From positions 10,262 through 74,261 of the forward strand of contig JBLIAG010000003.1 in the NCBI GenBank assembly GCA_047634375.1: a stretch of DNA of 64,000 bases. The letters run 5' to 3'. Origin of the DNA: Bacteriovoracaceae bacterium. Its GTDB lineage: Bacteria; Bdellovibrionota; Bacteriovoracia; Bacteriovoracales; Bacteriovoracaceae. The notes below the pieces were generated by a model. It searched no databases. It had not been told where the DNA came from and was given only the letters and a program-made list of their open reading frames with translations. Of the stretch, positions 27,939-37,963 are shown one piece after another (the first letter of the stretch is position 1; each line of letters opens with the position of its first letter). A program made the position numbers and the translations under genes.

Positions 27939-29459
27939 ATGGTTGAGAATAAAGTCTTAAGTAGGAAACTTTTAAGCCTACTAGATGTATCGTCTATTTT
28001 ATCAGTCATTGTTGGGATATTGGTAGTCTTTGGAAATATTTATAATGTTTTTCCACTTATTCAAATCTTTAATCTCTTTATTCCAGTGAGCCTCATTTCG
28101 GGGATTAGTTTTATTCTTCTAGGCTTCGGTGTCATGGTAAGAAATGACTATGTTAATATCTCTCGATTCCTAACTTTTTCGGTAATTGGAATTCAATTAA
28201 TAAATCTTCTCTTCTTTTGCTTTGGAAAGATTGATTTGAGTTTGCTTCTTATTGAAAATATGGGATTCGAAATTATTCCAGCAAAGCGAAATACCGGGAT
28301 TATGTTTCTCTTTTTAAATTTTTCAGCATTATCATTAATTGGTAAGATTGATACATTAAGAAAGAAGATAGTGTTTTTCGTGATAAGTTTTTTTAATGTT
28401 TATATAATCTTAAATGGTTGTTTTTTATATTTTTCTGATCCAATTCAGGGTGGCCTTTTAAAGCAATTATACCTCTCTCTTCATGCAATCCTTATTTTTA
28501 CTGCCTTTCAAGTTAGTTATGCCCTCGAAGTTGAAACATATAAGGAATTAAAAAATCTACGAACTTACGTTCTTGTTTTAGGGATTGTAACGGCTGTTGT
28601 GATAGGTGTACAGATTCGTCTTTCCCTCGAGAAAAATGTTAACAAGACTAAGGATACGATTTCTACTTTAATTGTTGAGCAGTTTAAAGCCAATTTAAAA
28701 TTAAGGGTTATACAATCTTTGAATTGGGTTATTGCACATGAAAAAAAAGATTTAATAAAGCAGTCTAGTATAAATACCGCTTCCGTCGAGTGCTTTGAAA
28801 AAAAATATGTTAGAGAGCATTTCTTGGGTGGAGAGCTTTGCTCTAAGGAAAATATAAAATATGAGTATGATCTTAAAGAATATAAGTTTCTAGAAATTCA
28901 AGATCTTGAGGTTGTTTCTATATATGAAGAGGACTCAGAGCTTAAAGCTTTATTGAATTTTGAAATTTTTGGTCAAACAGGTGTTAATAGAATGATTCTA
29001 AATCTAAGTGATATCCTTACAAGTCTTGAATCTCAGTGGACGGAATTTAAAATGGAGGTTGGTACTCAAAAGGGATATACTGAAGATCATAACTCTGTGT
29101 TTAACAAAATTATTTTGAATTCAGAATATTATCTACAACTTAAATCTGAAAACGATTTAACCGAAAATCTAAAGACTTCTTTACCCGAAGTTGTACTCTT
29201 TTTGATTCTACTCCTGAATCTTATAATTTATAGCTTTTTAAGTTATTTTCAAAAAATGCAGTCAGCTTTTGAATTGAATTTTAAAAGTATTCAAAACAGA
29301 AATAATGAATTGGCCAATAGAGAGCATGAAATATCTACAAAGGATCAGAGAGTTCAAAATTTACTCAATAAATATATCGATAGTGATGAGCCGATGGTGA
29401 AGGCAAAAATTATTACAGAACTAAAGAGTATTTCGAATAATTCAGGTGAGAAAAAATGA
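27939..29459 (+). CDS. polytopic membrane protein with C-terminal helical/coiled-coil region (sensor-like, no output domain)
   Basis: 506 aa; ~7 predicted TM helices in first 230 aa; ATG immediately after stop of upstream gene; 3' end overlaps next gene start (ATGA). Confidence 0.45.
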   Translation: MVENKVLSRKLLSLLDVSSILSVIVGILVVFGNIYNVFPLIQIFNLFIPVSLISGISFILLGFGVMVRNDYVNISRFLTFSVIGIQLINLLFFCFGKIDLSLLLIENMGFEIIPAKRNTGIMFLFLNFSALSLIGKIDTLRKKIVFFVISFFNVYIILNGCFLYFSDPIQGGLLKQLYLSLHAILIFTAFQVSYALEVETYKELKNLRTYVLVLGIVTAVVIGVQIRLSLEKNVNKTKDTISTLIVEQFKANLKLRVIQSLNWVIAHEKKDLIKQSSINTASVECFEKKYVREHFLGGELCSKENIKYEYDLKEYKFLEIQDLEVVSIYEEDSELKALLNFEIFGQTGVNRMILNLSDILTSLESQWTEFKMEVGTQKGYTEDHNSVFNKIILNSEYYLQLKSENDLTENLKTSLPEVVLFLILLLNLIIYSFLSYFQKMQSAFELNFKSIQNRNNELANREHEISTKDQRVQNLLNKYIDSDEPMVKAKIITELKSISNNSGEKK

Positions 29460-31000
29460 AATTAAAATTAATAAAAGTATTTACTCCAATTATCCTTCTG
29501 ATAATCGTTATCGTTTCTTTCGCAGTAATTGTTAAAAATGAGATTGATTCTCGTTTTGCTCCAAAGAGTGAGTCGGAGATAGCTAAGATCATATCACTAA
29601 ATAAGATGTGGTATGAAACATATTTCAAAACCTATGACGATTACACTTCACTAATAACTTCTAGAACTCAGTTAAGAAGGAGTTTAAATTTACTTCAAAC
29701 AGAAGGTAAGAAAGAGCACCTTGATAAGGTCGTTAAAATAACAAATGATGCCATAAGAGCGTTGCCACAAATTGAAGGGATAAGATTATACAACGACAAA
29801 AAAATCTTGCTGGTAAAGGTTGGGCCAATGAAAGATGTTCAACTTCGAAATTTTGATAAACAAACTCGTTTTTTAAAAGGAGCTGGTGATAATATCATCG
29901 GCTTTTCAAGATCTCCACTCAATCTAGATGGTAAGATTATTGGCTATATAGATGTTTCTTATAGGAATACGAAGTTAAAAGCATATCATGATGAAATTTC
30001 TAAAAATGACTATGTTTTTAAAACTGAAATTTTATTTGCAAATAATTTTGATGATCGCTTACTATTACTTACTTCGAATCCTGATCCACTCCCAGAATCT
30101 TTAAAGGTTACAGTCAAAGAGATTATTCTATCGAATAATCTTATAATAAAGGTTTTTGTAAACAATGACCGTAGTGGGTTAAATCTAAAGATCACTAATC
30201 TTTTTAACTATTTAGTTCTTCCGGTAATTATATTATTTGGAATCATTATTATTTATCTTTGGAGTATTTTACATAGGGGAAAGGATGAAATGGAACTTCT
30301 AGTTAAGGAGTCAGCAAAGGCTAATAATGAACTTTCTCAAATTGTTTATCGAACGTCTCACGATTTAAGGGCACCAATAACAAGTATTAGAGGATTAACA
30401 TATATATTGGAAGACGAGTTAGAATCTGGGAATTATAATGATGTTTTGGATGGAATACTCGATATACAATCAAGTGCAGATTCCCTCGCAAGGTTAATTG
30501 ATGATTTGATGATTACTATTAAATCTGATTTAAGCTCTGAAAAAACAGATCTTGTTGCTGTTCAGGAGATTTTTGATGACCTGAATAAGTTAATTAAAAA
30601 TAGTATTAATTTGTCCAATATTCAACTTATTACCAACATTGGAATTTCGGATATATTTACAAAAAAGAGAAAGCTCACTCAAATTCTTTATAATATAGTA
30701 ATGAACTCAATCAAATTCTCTGATCCTTCAAAGATCAGCTCATTCATAAGTATTTCCATTAATGAAGTTGAGGACGAAATATATATAAAGGTCGAGGATA
30801 ACGGTATTGGGATGACTGAAGAAAATGTTTCAAAAATATTTGATATGTTTAGTCGTTTTAGTGCGAAGTCGGCTTCTGGCAGTGGGCTTGGAATGTATAT
30901 TGTTCACAAAGATGTTGCCTCGTTAAAAGGTAGAATTTTTGTTACAAGTGAGCTAAACTTAAAGACAATTATAACAATTGTTTTACCAAGGAAAGAGTAA
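29456..31000 (+). CDS. sensor histidine kinase
   Basis: 514 aa; TM - periplasmic ~220 aa - TM; H-box RTSHDLRAPITSI; N box IVMNSIKFS; G boxes DNGIGM, GSGLGMYIV. Confidence 0.75.
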   Translation: MKLKLIKVFTPIILLIIVIVSFAVIVKNEIDSRFAPKSESEIAKIISLNKMWYETYFKTYDDYTSLITSRTQLRRSLNLLQTEGKKEHLDKVVKITNDAIRALPQIEGIRLYNDKKILLVKVGPMKDVQLRNFDKQTRFLKGAGDNIIGFSRSPLNLDGKIIGYIDVSYRNTKLKAYHDEISKNDYVFKTEILFANNFDDRLLLLTSNPDPLPESLKVTVKEIILSNNLIIKVFVNNDRSGLNLKITNLFNYLVLPVIILFGIIIIYLWSILHRGKDEMELLVKESAKANNELSQIVYRTSHDLRAPITSIRGLTYILEDELESGNYNDVLDGILDIQSSADSLARLIDDLMITIKSDLSSEKTDLVAVQEIFDDLNKLIKNSINLSNIQLITNIGISDIFTKKRKLTQILYNIVMNSIKFSDPSKISSFISISINEVEDEIYIKVEDNGIGMTEENVSKIFDMFSRFSAKSASGSGLGMYIVHKDVASLKGRIFVTSELNLKTIITIVLPRKE

Positions 31001-31435
31001 ATGGAATTCGAAATTCTAACAGTTGATGATCAAGCAATGGATAGGAAAATACTATCTAAAATGTTAACAAAGTTATTTCCTGATGTGACTATTCACGAAG
31101 CAGAGAATGGACAACTCGCAATTGATTTTCTAAAGCAATATGACCAAACTCTTATAAAAGAGAATGTAAGTGTGAAAATGCCTCTGGTTATTTTTCTTGA
31201 TATCAATATGCCAGTTATGAATGGGTTTGAATTTTTAGATGTACTTTGTTCAGAGGTTAAATCAGAACTTATTGTGCTGGATCCATTAGTTGTAAGTATG
31301 CTCTCATCGTCTAAGAATGAGGAAGATATAGCTAAGGCTAAAGCTTATGGAATTGTTAAAGATTTCGTAACAAAATATCCTAAAGATAAAACTCAGTTAA
31401 AGCTTACAATAGAAAATGCACTAAAAGGTAGCTAG
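31001..31435 (+). CDS. single-domain response regulator (REC)
   Basis: 144 aa; ILTVDDQAMDRK…, phospho-acceptor context IFLDINMPVMNGFEFL; ATG directly abuts the kinase stop. Confidence 0.7.
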   Translation: MEFEILTVDDQAMDRKILSKMLTKLFPDVTIHEAENGQLAIDFLKQYDQTLIKENVSVKMPLVIFLDINMPVMNGFEFLDVLCSEVKSELIVLDPLVVSMLSSSKNEEDIAKAKAYGIVKDFVTKYPKDKTQLKLTIENALKGS

Positions 31436-31495
31436 CTTAAGTTTACATCATAACTTATCTCGGTTTATAATAAATCAAATTCAAAAGGGGTAGTT

Positions 31496-32506
31496 ATGGG
31501 TATTTTTGATGCTTTTAAGAAGCAATTTATTGATGTTATTGAATGGAGTGAAGATGATTCCGGTCTTATTCAATACCGCTATCCTTTTATCGATAAAGAA
31601 ATTCAATACGGTGGACAATTAACTGTTAGTGAAGGGCAAGTGGCTTTATTTGTTAACGAAGGTAAAGTCGCCGATTTATTTGAGCCTGGTCTTCATAAAT
31701 TAATGACAAATAATTTGCCTATCTTAACAAGTTTAATGAACTGGGATAAAGCTTTTGAATCTCCATTCAAGTCAGACGTCTACTATTTTGTTACTAGAGA
31801 CCAGATAGATCAAAGATGGGGAACACCCAATCCAATTACAATTCGGGATAAAGAGTTTGGTCATATTAGATTAAGGGCCAATGGAACTTATACATTCAAA
31901 CTAGATGATGCTCGCCTATTTTTTGAAAAAGTATCGGGAACAAGAGGTGAGTATAGAATCGATGAATTAAATGATCAGCTAAGGTCAAATATACTTACTT
32001 CAATTAGTTCATTTTTTGGGAAAGCAGATATTCCATTTTTGGATATGGCGGCGAACCAAGTTGAGTTTTCTAAGGCCATTCAAGGAGCTGTTGAAGCTGA
32101 GTTTACAGCTTATGGATTAAAACTTCAGTCTTTCAATGTTCAAAACCTATCACTACCTGAAGAACTACAAGATTACCTAGATAAAAAATCTAAGATGAAT
32201 ATGATCGGTGACCTTAATAAATATGCTCAATTTGAAACGGCAGATAATATTGGAACAGCAGCTGCAAACGAAGGTGGCGGAGCAGGAATGGGAGTTGGTT
32301 TAGGTGCCGGTATCTCTATGGGGCAAACAATGATGAATAGCATGGGAAATGCTAGTGGACAAAATTCAAATCCTGTAAATGAAAGTGCCACTGAAGAAGA
32401 AATTCTTTCAACTATTGAAAAATTACACGGTTTGAAAGAGAAAGGTATTTTAACTGAAGAAGAATTTAATACAAAGAAATCGGAACTACTTAAAAAGTTA
32501 ATATAA
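31496..32506 (+). CDS. SPFH/Band-7 domain protein with Gly-rich linker and C-terminal SHOCT-like domain
   Basis: 336 aa; N-terminal ~270 aa match the SPFH-type (COG4260-like) pattern (DVIEWSED…GQLTVSEGQVALFVNEGK…YYFVTRDQ); linker GGGAGMGVGLGAGISMG; C-terminal EEEILSTIEKLHGLKEKGILTEEEFNTKKSELL is SHOCT-like. Confidence 0.6.
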   Translation: MGIFDAFKKQFIDVIEWSEDDSGLIQYRYPFIDKEIQYGGQLTVSEGQVALFVNEGKVADLFEPGLHKLMTNNLPILTSLMNWDKAFESPFKSDVYYFVTRDQIDQRWGTPNPITIRDKEFGHIRLRANGTYTFKLDDARLFFEKVSGTRGEYRIDELNDQLRSNILTSISSFFGKADIPFLDMAANQVEFSKAIQGAVEAEFTAYGLKLQSFNVQNLSLPEELQDYLDKKSKMNMIGDLNKYAQFETADNIGTAAANEGGGAGMGVGLGAGISMGQTMMNSMGNASGQNSNPVNESATEEEILSTIEKLHGLKEKGILTEEEFNTKKSELLKKLI

Positions 32507-33148
32507 ATGTTAAAAGCAGTATGCCCCAGTTGTGGGGGGGAGATAATTTTTCGTTCAAGTAACTCTGTATTGGCAGTTTGTACTTACTGTCGATCAAATA
32601 TTGTACGACATGATACGAATTTAGAACTAATTGGAAAGCAATCAGATCTTTTACCAGATATGAGTCCTTTGCAAATAGGTGTCTCTGGCAAATATGAGCA
32701 TATGAGGTTTCAAGTTGTCGGAAGACAAATTATGAAATGGAAAAATGGTCAATGGAATGAATGGTATATTATTTTTTCTGATGGTTCAGATGGATGGCTT
32801 GCTGAAGCCCAGGGGGAATTCAGTATTCTGCGAAAACCAAAAAAACAGCCTAAATTACCTAGTCCAAGTGAAATTTCAAAGCTTCATACAATTGAAATTG
32901 ATAAGTTGCACTTTAAATTAATTGATAAAAAGAAAGTTACATGTTTAGGAAGTGAAGGTGAACTTCCTTTCAAAGCAGTTGAAGGTGATAAATCTTTAAC
33001 TATGGATTTCTCAGATGGTAATGAAGGATTTGCAAGTGTTGAGGTTTTGTCTGATGGTGAAGTGCTCATTTATGTTGGAGCTTTTACTTCTTTAAAGAAA
33101 ATGTCTGTTTCTGGAATTCGTAGATTCGAAGGCTGGGAAAAGCTATGA
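32507..33148 (+). CDS. Zn-ribbon + DUF4178-like protein
   Basis: 213 aa; CPSCGGEI…CTYCRS zinc ribbon then beta-rich domain with W.EY/WL.E.G pattern; start directly follows SPFH stop codon. Confidence 0.5.
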   Translation: MLKAVCPSCGGEIIFRSSNSVLAVCTYCRSNIVRHDTNLELIGKQSDLLPDMSPLQIGVSGKYEHMRFQVVGRQIMKWKNGQWNEWYIIFSDGSDGWLAEAQGEFSILRKPKKQPKLPSPSEISKLHTIEIDKLHFKLIDKKKVTCLGSEGELPFKAVEGDKSLTMDFSDGNEGFASVEVLSDGEVLIYVGAFTSLKKMSVSGIRRFEGWEKL

Positions 33149-34491
33149 GAAAGAATACTGAATTCGTAAGACCAGTTCTTAAGAGTTTTAATTGCCCTAG
33201 CTGTGGAGCGACACTTGATTTAAAGGCAGTTGGTATTACAGTTTCGGTGGCGTGTCCCAGTTGTCATAATATTATTGATGTAAACAATCCAAGTCTGGCG
33301 ATTATTTCTAAAGCCAATAGTAAATATAAAGTAAAACCTTCAATACCTATAGGAAGTCGTGGAAAGCTCTCTGGAAATGTTTATGAAGTCATTGGTTTTA
33401 TGGAACGAAAAGAGGGGATTTACCCTTGGAAAGAATACCTTCTCTATAATCCTTACGTCGGCTTTAGATGGCTTTTTGAAATGAATGGTCATTGGAGTTT
33501 TATTAAAAGAATAAGAACTCTACCCGAAGTCATTTCATCTACAAATCTAAAATATAAAGGTAGGTCATTTAAGCTATATAATGAAGGAAATGCTAGTGTT
33601 TCTTACGTAGAAGGTGAGTTCTATTGGAGAGTAGAAGAAAAAGATACTTCAAGACTCTTTGATTATATTAGCCCACCATATATGCTTTCAAAAGAGAGGC
33701 AAAACACTGAGATCACCTGGACTTTGGGAACTTATATTACGCCTGAAAGGTTAGAAAAATCTTTTAAGTTAAAAGATAAGCTTATAAAGCCTCAGGGAGT
33801 GGGGGCCAACCAACCATCTCCAGTTAAAGAAAAATTTAAAAATAATATCACTTTAGCAGCCTTGGCCCTCTTGGCTTGTTTAATAATGCAAGTTATAAGG
33901 ACAGGTACGGCCAATGAAGAATCACTCTATAGAAGTGATTTGAATTTGACCCTGGATCCTGGGGAGCAGAGCCTAGTAGCTCCAAAATTTAAACGAATTC
34001 AAACCAGGCCATTTAAAAGAAGCTCGACTCCTGACAAAATTAGCTTAATTAAAACACGAGAATTTCAAATTAATGAAAGTGGAAAGAATATAAAGCTTAA
34101 GGGTTATGCAGCCGTTCGTAATACATGGATTTTTCTGGATACACTTTTAGTTAATGCTGAAACTGGAAAAGGTATTCCACTACCTCTTGAGATTTCCTAT
34201 TACTTTGGATCTGATTGGACTGAGGGCTCAAAAAATGAAAGTGTTATTGCCTATAATGTTCCAGCTGGTACCTATTATCTTAGTATTCAAGCTCAAATAC
34301 CACGTAACTTTAGTATACACACAACGGTCAGTGTTGAGTTAATAAGTGACACTGTAATCATGTCTAACTTTTATTGGCTTCTGATAGCACTTTTCTTTCC
34401 GCTATTATTTACTGGTTTAGGATCATATTCATTTGAGAAAAAAAGATGGGTCAATGGAAGTGAAAATCCATATGGTGATTGGGAGAGTTAA
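33145..34491 (+). CDS. Zn-ribbon + DUF4178-like protein with two TM segments and extra C-terminal extracytoplasmic domain (paralog of upstream gene)
   Basis: 448 aa; CPSCGAT…CPSCHN ribbon; region 33300-33700 aligns with the upstream gene (IGxxGK…WxEY…WLxExxG); TM helices ITLAALALLACLIMQVI and FYWLLIALFFPLLFTGLG; ATGA overlap with upstream. Confidence 0.5.
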   Translation: MRKNTEFVRPVLKSFNCPSCGATLDLKAVGITVSVACPSCHNIIDVNNPSLAIISKANSKYKVKPSIPIGSRGKLSGNVYEVIGFMERKEGIYPWKEYLLYNPYVGFRWLFEMNGHWSFIKRIRTLPEVISSTNLKYKGRSFKLYNEGNASVSYVEGEFYWRVEEKDTSRLFDYISPPYMLSKERQNTEITWTLGTYITPERLEKSFKLKDKLIKPQGVGANQPSPVKEKFKNNITLAALALLACLIMQVIRTGTANEESLYRSDLNLTLDPGEQSLVAPKFKRIQTRPFKRSSTPDKISLIKTREFQINESGKNIKLKGYAAVRNTWIFLDTLLVNAETGKGIPLPLEISYYFGSDWTEGSKNESVIAYNVPAGTYYLSIQAQIPRNFSIHTTVSVELISDTVIMSNFYWLLIALFFPLLFTGLGSYSFEKKRWVNGSENPYGDWES

Positions 34492-34641
34492 TGTTATATA
34501 AAATACTTTACGGAGCTTTTGTTTGTTATTTTGGGTATGTCTCTTTTACTGGAAGGTCCGTTTGGAACTCATCTGCAGAAAGAAAAATGACTCCAAAGGG
34601 AAAACGAAGTTATTATAATCATAAATAAATTGGAGGAATAA

Positions 34642-34860
34642 ATGGAAAATTTAATTAATATTCAAAGTATTGTATCAGCGGTGATCTTTTCAATATTAGG
34701 TTGTATTGCTTTTGGAATTGCATTTAAGGTAATAGATTTCTTGACACCTAATGATATGTGGAATGAAATTTTAGAAGAACATAATAATGCTCTTGCTATT
34801 GTCATTGGAAGTGTTGCAATAGGTATTGCTATAATTATTTCAGCTTCTATTAGAGGTTAA
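34642..34860 (+). CDS. DUF350-like small membrane protein (two TM helices)
   Basis: 72 aa; two hydrophobic helices separated by TPNDMWNEILEEHNNA; RBS GGAGGAATAAATG; stop abuts next gene start. Confidence 0.45.
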   Translation: MENLINIQSIVSAVIFSILGCIAFGIAFKVIDFLTPNDMWNEILEEHNNALAIVIGSVAIGIAIIISASIRG

Positions 34861-36354
34861 ATGACATTCGCATTATTGTTCTCTGTTGCAGTCATTGCAA
34901 CTTGTGGGCTTGTATATGAATTAATAGCTGGTGCATTGGCCAGTTATCTATTGGGTGATTCAATCACCCAGTTTTCTTTTATAATTGGTGTCTACCTTTT
35001 TGCGATGGGGGTAGGATCCTACTTATCCAAATTTATTACAAAAAGACTTTTGACCACTTTTATCAATATCGAGTTTATTGTTGGTATTGTTGGTGGTGTT
35101 TCAGCAACGGTTTTATTTTTATCTTTTGAATATATAAACTCATTTCGAATTTTACTTTATACCTTTGTCTTTGTGATCGGAACTTTGGTGGGGCTAGAAA
35201 TTCCTTTGCTTATGAGAATCTTACAAGACAAGTATGAATTTAAAGACTTAGTATCAAAAGTTTTCACAGTCGATTATATAGGAGCATTATTTGCGTCCAT
35301 TACGTTTCCTTTAATTCTGGCCCCTCAATTAGGTCTCATGCGAACAGCATTTCTATTTGGAATTTTCAATATTCTCGTGGGCCTTTGGACTCTTTATTTA
35401 TTTAGAGGAGAGTTAGTTAGTTTTAAATTCCAGAGGACGACTGGTATCTTTTTTTTAATCTTCCTTGTTTTTGGTTTTGTATATTCAAATCAACTACTTC
35501 AGTTCGCCGAATCTAATCACTATGATGATCCTATTATTTTTAATAAAAAATCTCCCTATCAAAAGTTAGTCCTAACTAAGGGGCACGATTTAAAATTATA
35601 TATTAATGGTAATCTTCAATTTAGCTCTATGGACGAGTACAGGTATCATGAAGCACTAGTTCACCCCGGAATGGCCAATAATGATTATATCAAAAATGTC
35701 CTTGTCTTAGGTGGTGGTGATGGTTTCGCTGTAAGAGAAGTTTTAAAGTATCCTCAGGTCGAAAAAGTAACCCTTGTTGATCTTGATCCGTTAATGACAA
35801 AACTCTTTAAAGAAAATAAAGATCTTGTGTCCCTTAATAGTAATGCTTTAAATTCACATAAGGTAACAGTCATTAACGATGATGCTTTTGTTTGGCTAAG
35901 AGATAAGAATAAGAAAAAATATGATTATATTATTATCGATTTCCCTGATCCTTCTAACTTTTCACTAGGAAAACTTTATTCTAAATCCTTCTTTAAAATA
36001 GTTAAATCAAGTCTTAGTGACGAAGGCCTAATGGTCATTCAGAGTACTTCTCCATATTTCGCTAGAAAATCCTATTGGTGTGTTGGAAATACAATTGACC
36101 ATGTAGGGCTAAAGACTATTCCTTACCACGCCTATGTACCATCTTTTGGAGAATGGGGTTATTTTATGGCGAGTAAAAAGCCTTATAGATTTCCTGAGAA
36201 ATTTGTCGAAGGTCTAAAGTTCATAAATGGCGATACACTTAAGCAAATGTTCCAATTTCCAAAGGACATGAGTAAGGTTAAAACAGAAGTTAATCGATTA
36301 AATAATCAAATTCTTGTTCATTACTTTGAAGAAGAATGGTCGCAGTTTAATTAA
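34861..36354 (+). CDS. polyamine aminopropyltransferase (spermidine-synthase-like) fused to N-terminal ~7-TM membrane domain
   Basis: 497 aa; first ~200 aa polytopic; then PABS fold motifs VLVLGGGDGFAVREVLKY, VTLVDLDP, YDYIIIDFPDPSN. Confidence 0.75.
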   Translation: MTFALLFSVAVIATCGLVYELIAGALASYLLGDSITQFSFIIGVYLFAMGVGSYLSKFITKRLLTTFINIEFIVGIVGGVSATVLFLSFEYINSFRILLYTFVFVIGTLVGLEIPLLMRILQDKYEFKDLVSKVFTVDYIGALFASITFPLILAPQLGLMRTAFLFGIFNILVGLWTLYLFRGELVSFKFQRTTGIFFLIFLVFGFVYSNQLLQFAESNHYDDPIIFNKKSPYQKLVLTKGHDLKLYINGNLQFSSMDEYRYHEALVHPGMANNDYIKNVLVLGGGDGFAVREVLKYPQVEKVTLVDLDPLMTKLFKENKDLVSLNSNALNSHKVTVINDDAFVWLRDKNKKKYDYIIIDFPDPSNFSLGKLYSKSFFKIVKSSLSDEGLMVIQSTSPYFARKSYWCVGNTIDHVGLKTIPYHAYVPSFGEWGYFMASKKPYRFPEKFVEGLKFINGDTLKQMFQFPKDMSKVKTEVNRLNNQILVHYFEEEWSQFN

Positions 36355-36355
36355 T

Positions 36356-37963
36356 ATGAAAATTAACCGAAGAAAATTACTCCTAGCAGCTGGCTCACTC
36401 ACCATCATTTCCCTTATTGGTTTTAGAAAAATAAAAGGCTTTTTAAAAGAAAGAATTATTCCAGGATCTATTTCTGGAGCAAATTTTTCGAGAGGACACC
36501 TCATTCGTGATCCACAGTTTGAAGGCGAAATAATTCATGAAGAGATTCCTGTTGTCATTATTGGTGGTGGAGTATCGGGACTGTCCGCTGGATATCAATT
36601 AGCAAAATCAGGCTTTACAGATTTCAAAATTCTAGATTTAGAAAATCGGGTTGGAGGTAACTCTTCAAGCGCAAGTAATAGCGCTGGAAGCTATCCTTTA
36701 GGAGCGCATTATGTTCCTCTTGCATCAAGTGAGGCCACAGAGTTAAAAGAATTCTTTCGAGATTCTGGAGTAATAGTAAATGAAGATCTAGATAATCCCG
36801 AATATAATGATTTCTTCGTTTGTAGTGCTCCACAAGATCGGCTTTTTCTCCATGGGCGTTGGCAAGAAAATCTTGAGCCAAAACAGGGAGTTCCAATCGA
36901 TCAGCAAAATGAATTTAGACGTTTTTTTTCTATTATGGATAAATTAAAAATATCCCGCGGAAAAGATGGACTAAGGGCCTTTGCAATTCCGATGAGTAGA
37001 AGTTCCAAAGATTCTAAATTCTTGAAGTACGATCAAATGACTATGAAAGATTTTTTGATAAAAAATGAATTTCTAAGTGAATATCTACATTGGTATGTAA
37101 ACTATTGCTGTCTGGACGATTACGGCGCTCCTATGGAATTAGTTTCTGCATGGGCCGGTATACATTATTTTGCTTCTCGAAATGGTAAAGGAAAAAACTT
37201 AACTTCTTCTGATGTTATTACTTGGCCACAAGGAAATGGATGGTTTGTTGATAAACTGTCTTCTGGAATTAAAAATCAAATTCAATTAAATAGTCTTGTT
37301 TATGAAATTAATGAAGAAGATGGTATTTATCTAATTAAAAATTTTAACTTTGAAAGCAAAAAAAGGCACTTCATTAGGTGCAGAAAAGTTATATATGCTT
37401 CACCCTTATTTACAGCAAAAAGAACAGTACAAATAAAAGAACTTCAGGAAAAAATCCAAAAAGTTAACATCGAGTATTCACCATGGATGACAGCAAATAT
37501 TTTATTCAAAGGATCTTTGAATGATTCGAATATTCCAGTTTGCTGGGATAATGTAAACTATCATGGGAAAAGTTTGGGGTATATTTATGGTAATCACCAA
37601 GATGTAAATAGAGTCAATGAGAAGATTAATCTAACACAATATTGGCCCCTTATAAAAAGTACTCCTCAAAAAGCTAGAATTAGAGCACTCACAAAAACCC
37701 ATCAAGAATGGTGTGAAGATGTCATTAATGAGCTAGAGCTCACCCATACGGATGTACGAGAAAGAATTGAAAGGATAGATGTTTCTTTATGGGGACACGC
37801 AATGGCCATCCCCAAAGTTGGATTTTTAAATCGCATAAATCAGCTGGATGAGAATAAGAGTTTTATCTTTGCACATACAGATCATGCAGGCGTTTCTATT
37901 TTTGAGGAAGCTTTTTACCAAGGTTTGAGTGCTGCGAACAAGATAATAAAAGGTCAACCTTGA
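36356..37963 (+). CDS. Tat-signal FAD-dependent oxidoreductase, amine-oxidase-like
   Basis: N-terminus MKINRRKLLLAAGSLTIISLIGF (twin-arginine motif); dinucleotide-binding VVIIGGGVSGLSAGYQLA…LDLENRVGGNS; ATG 1 nt after previous stop (ORF track start 36314 is probably upstream read-through of the frame). Confidence 0.6.
   Translation: MKINRRKLLLAAGSLTIISLIGFRKIKGFLKERIIPGSISGANFSRGHLIRDPQFEGEIIHEEIPVVIIGGGVSGLSAGYQLAKSGFTDFKILDLENRVGGNSSSASNSAGSYPLGAHYVPLASSEATELKEFFRDSGVIVNEDLDNPEYNDFFVCSAPQDRLFLHGRWQENLEPKQGVPIDQQNEFRRFFSIMDKLKISRGKDGLRAFAIPMSRSSKDSKFLKYDQMTMKDFLIKNEFLSEYLHWYVNYCCLDDYGAPMELVSAWAGIHYFASRNGKGKNLTSSDVITWPQGNGWFVDKLSSGIKNQIQLNSLVYEINEEDGIYLIKNFNFESKKRHFIRCRKVIYASPLFTAKRTVQIKELQEKIQKVNIEYSPWMTANILFKGSLNDSNIPVCWDNVNYHGKSLGYIYGNHQDVNRVNEKINLTQYWPLIKSTPQKARIRALTKTHQEWCEDVINELELTHTDVRERIERIDVSLWGHAMAIPKVGFLNRINQLDENKSFIFAHTDHAGVSIFEEAFYQGLSAANKIIKGQP

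Noticed and set aside
34540-34560. sigma-54-like promoter TGGAAC-N5-TGCAG upstream of the DUF350 gene
   Set aside because: GG-to-GC spacing is 11 rather than the required 12, and the match to the -12 element is poor.
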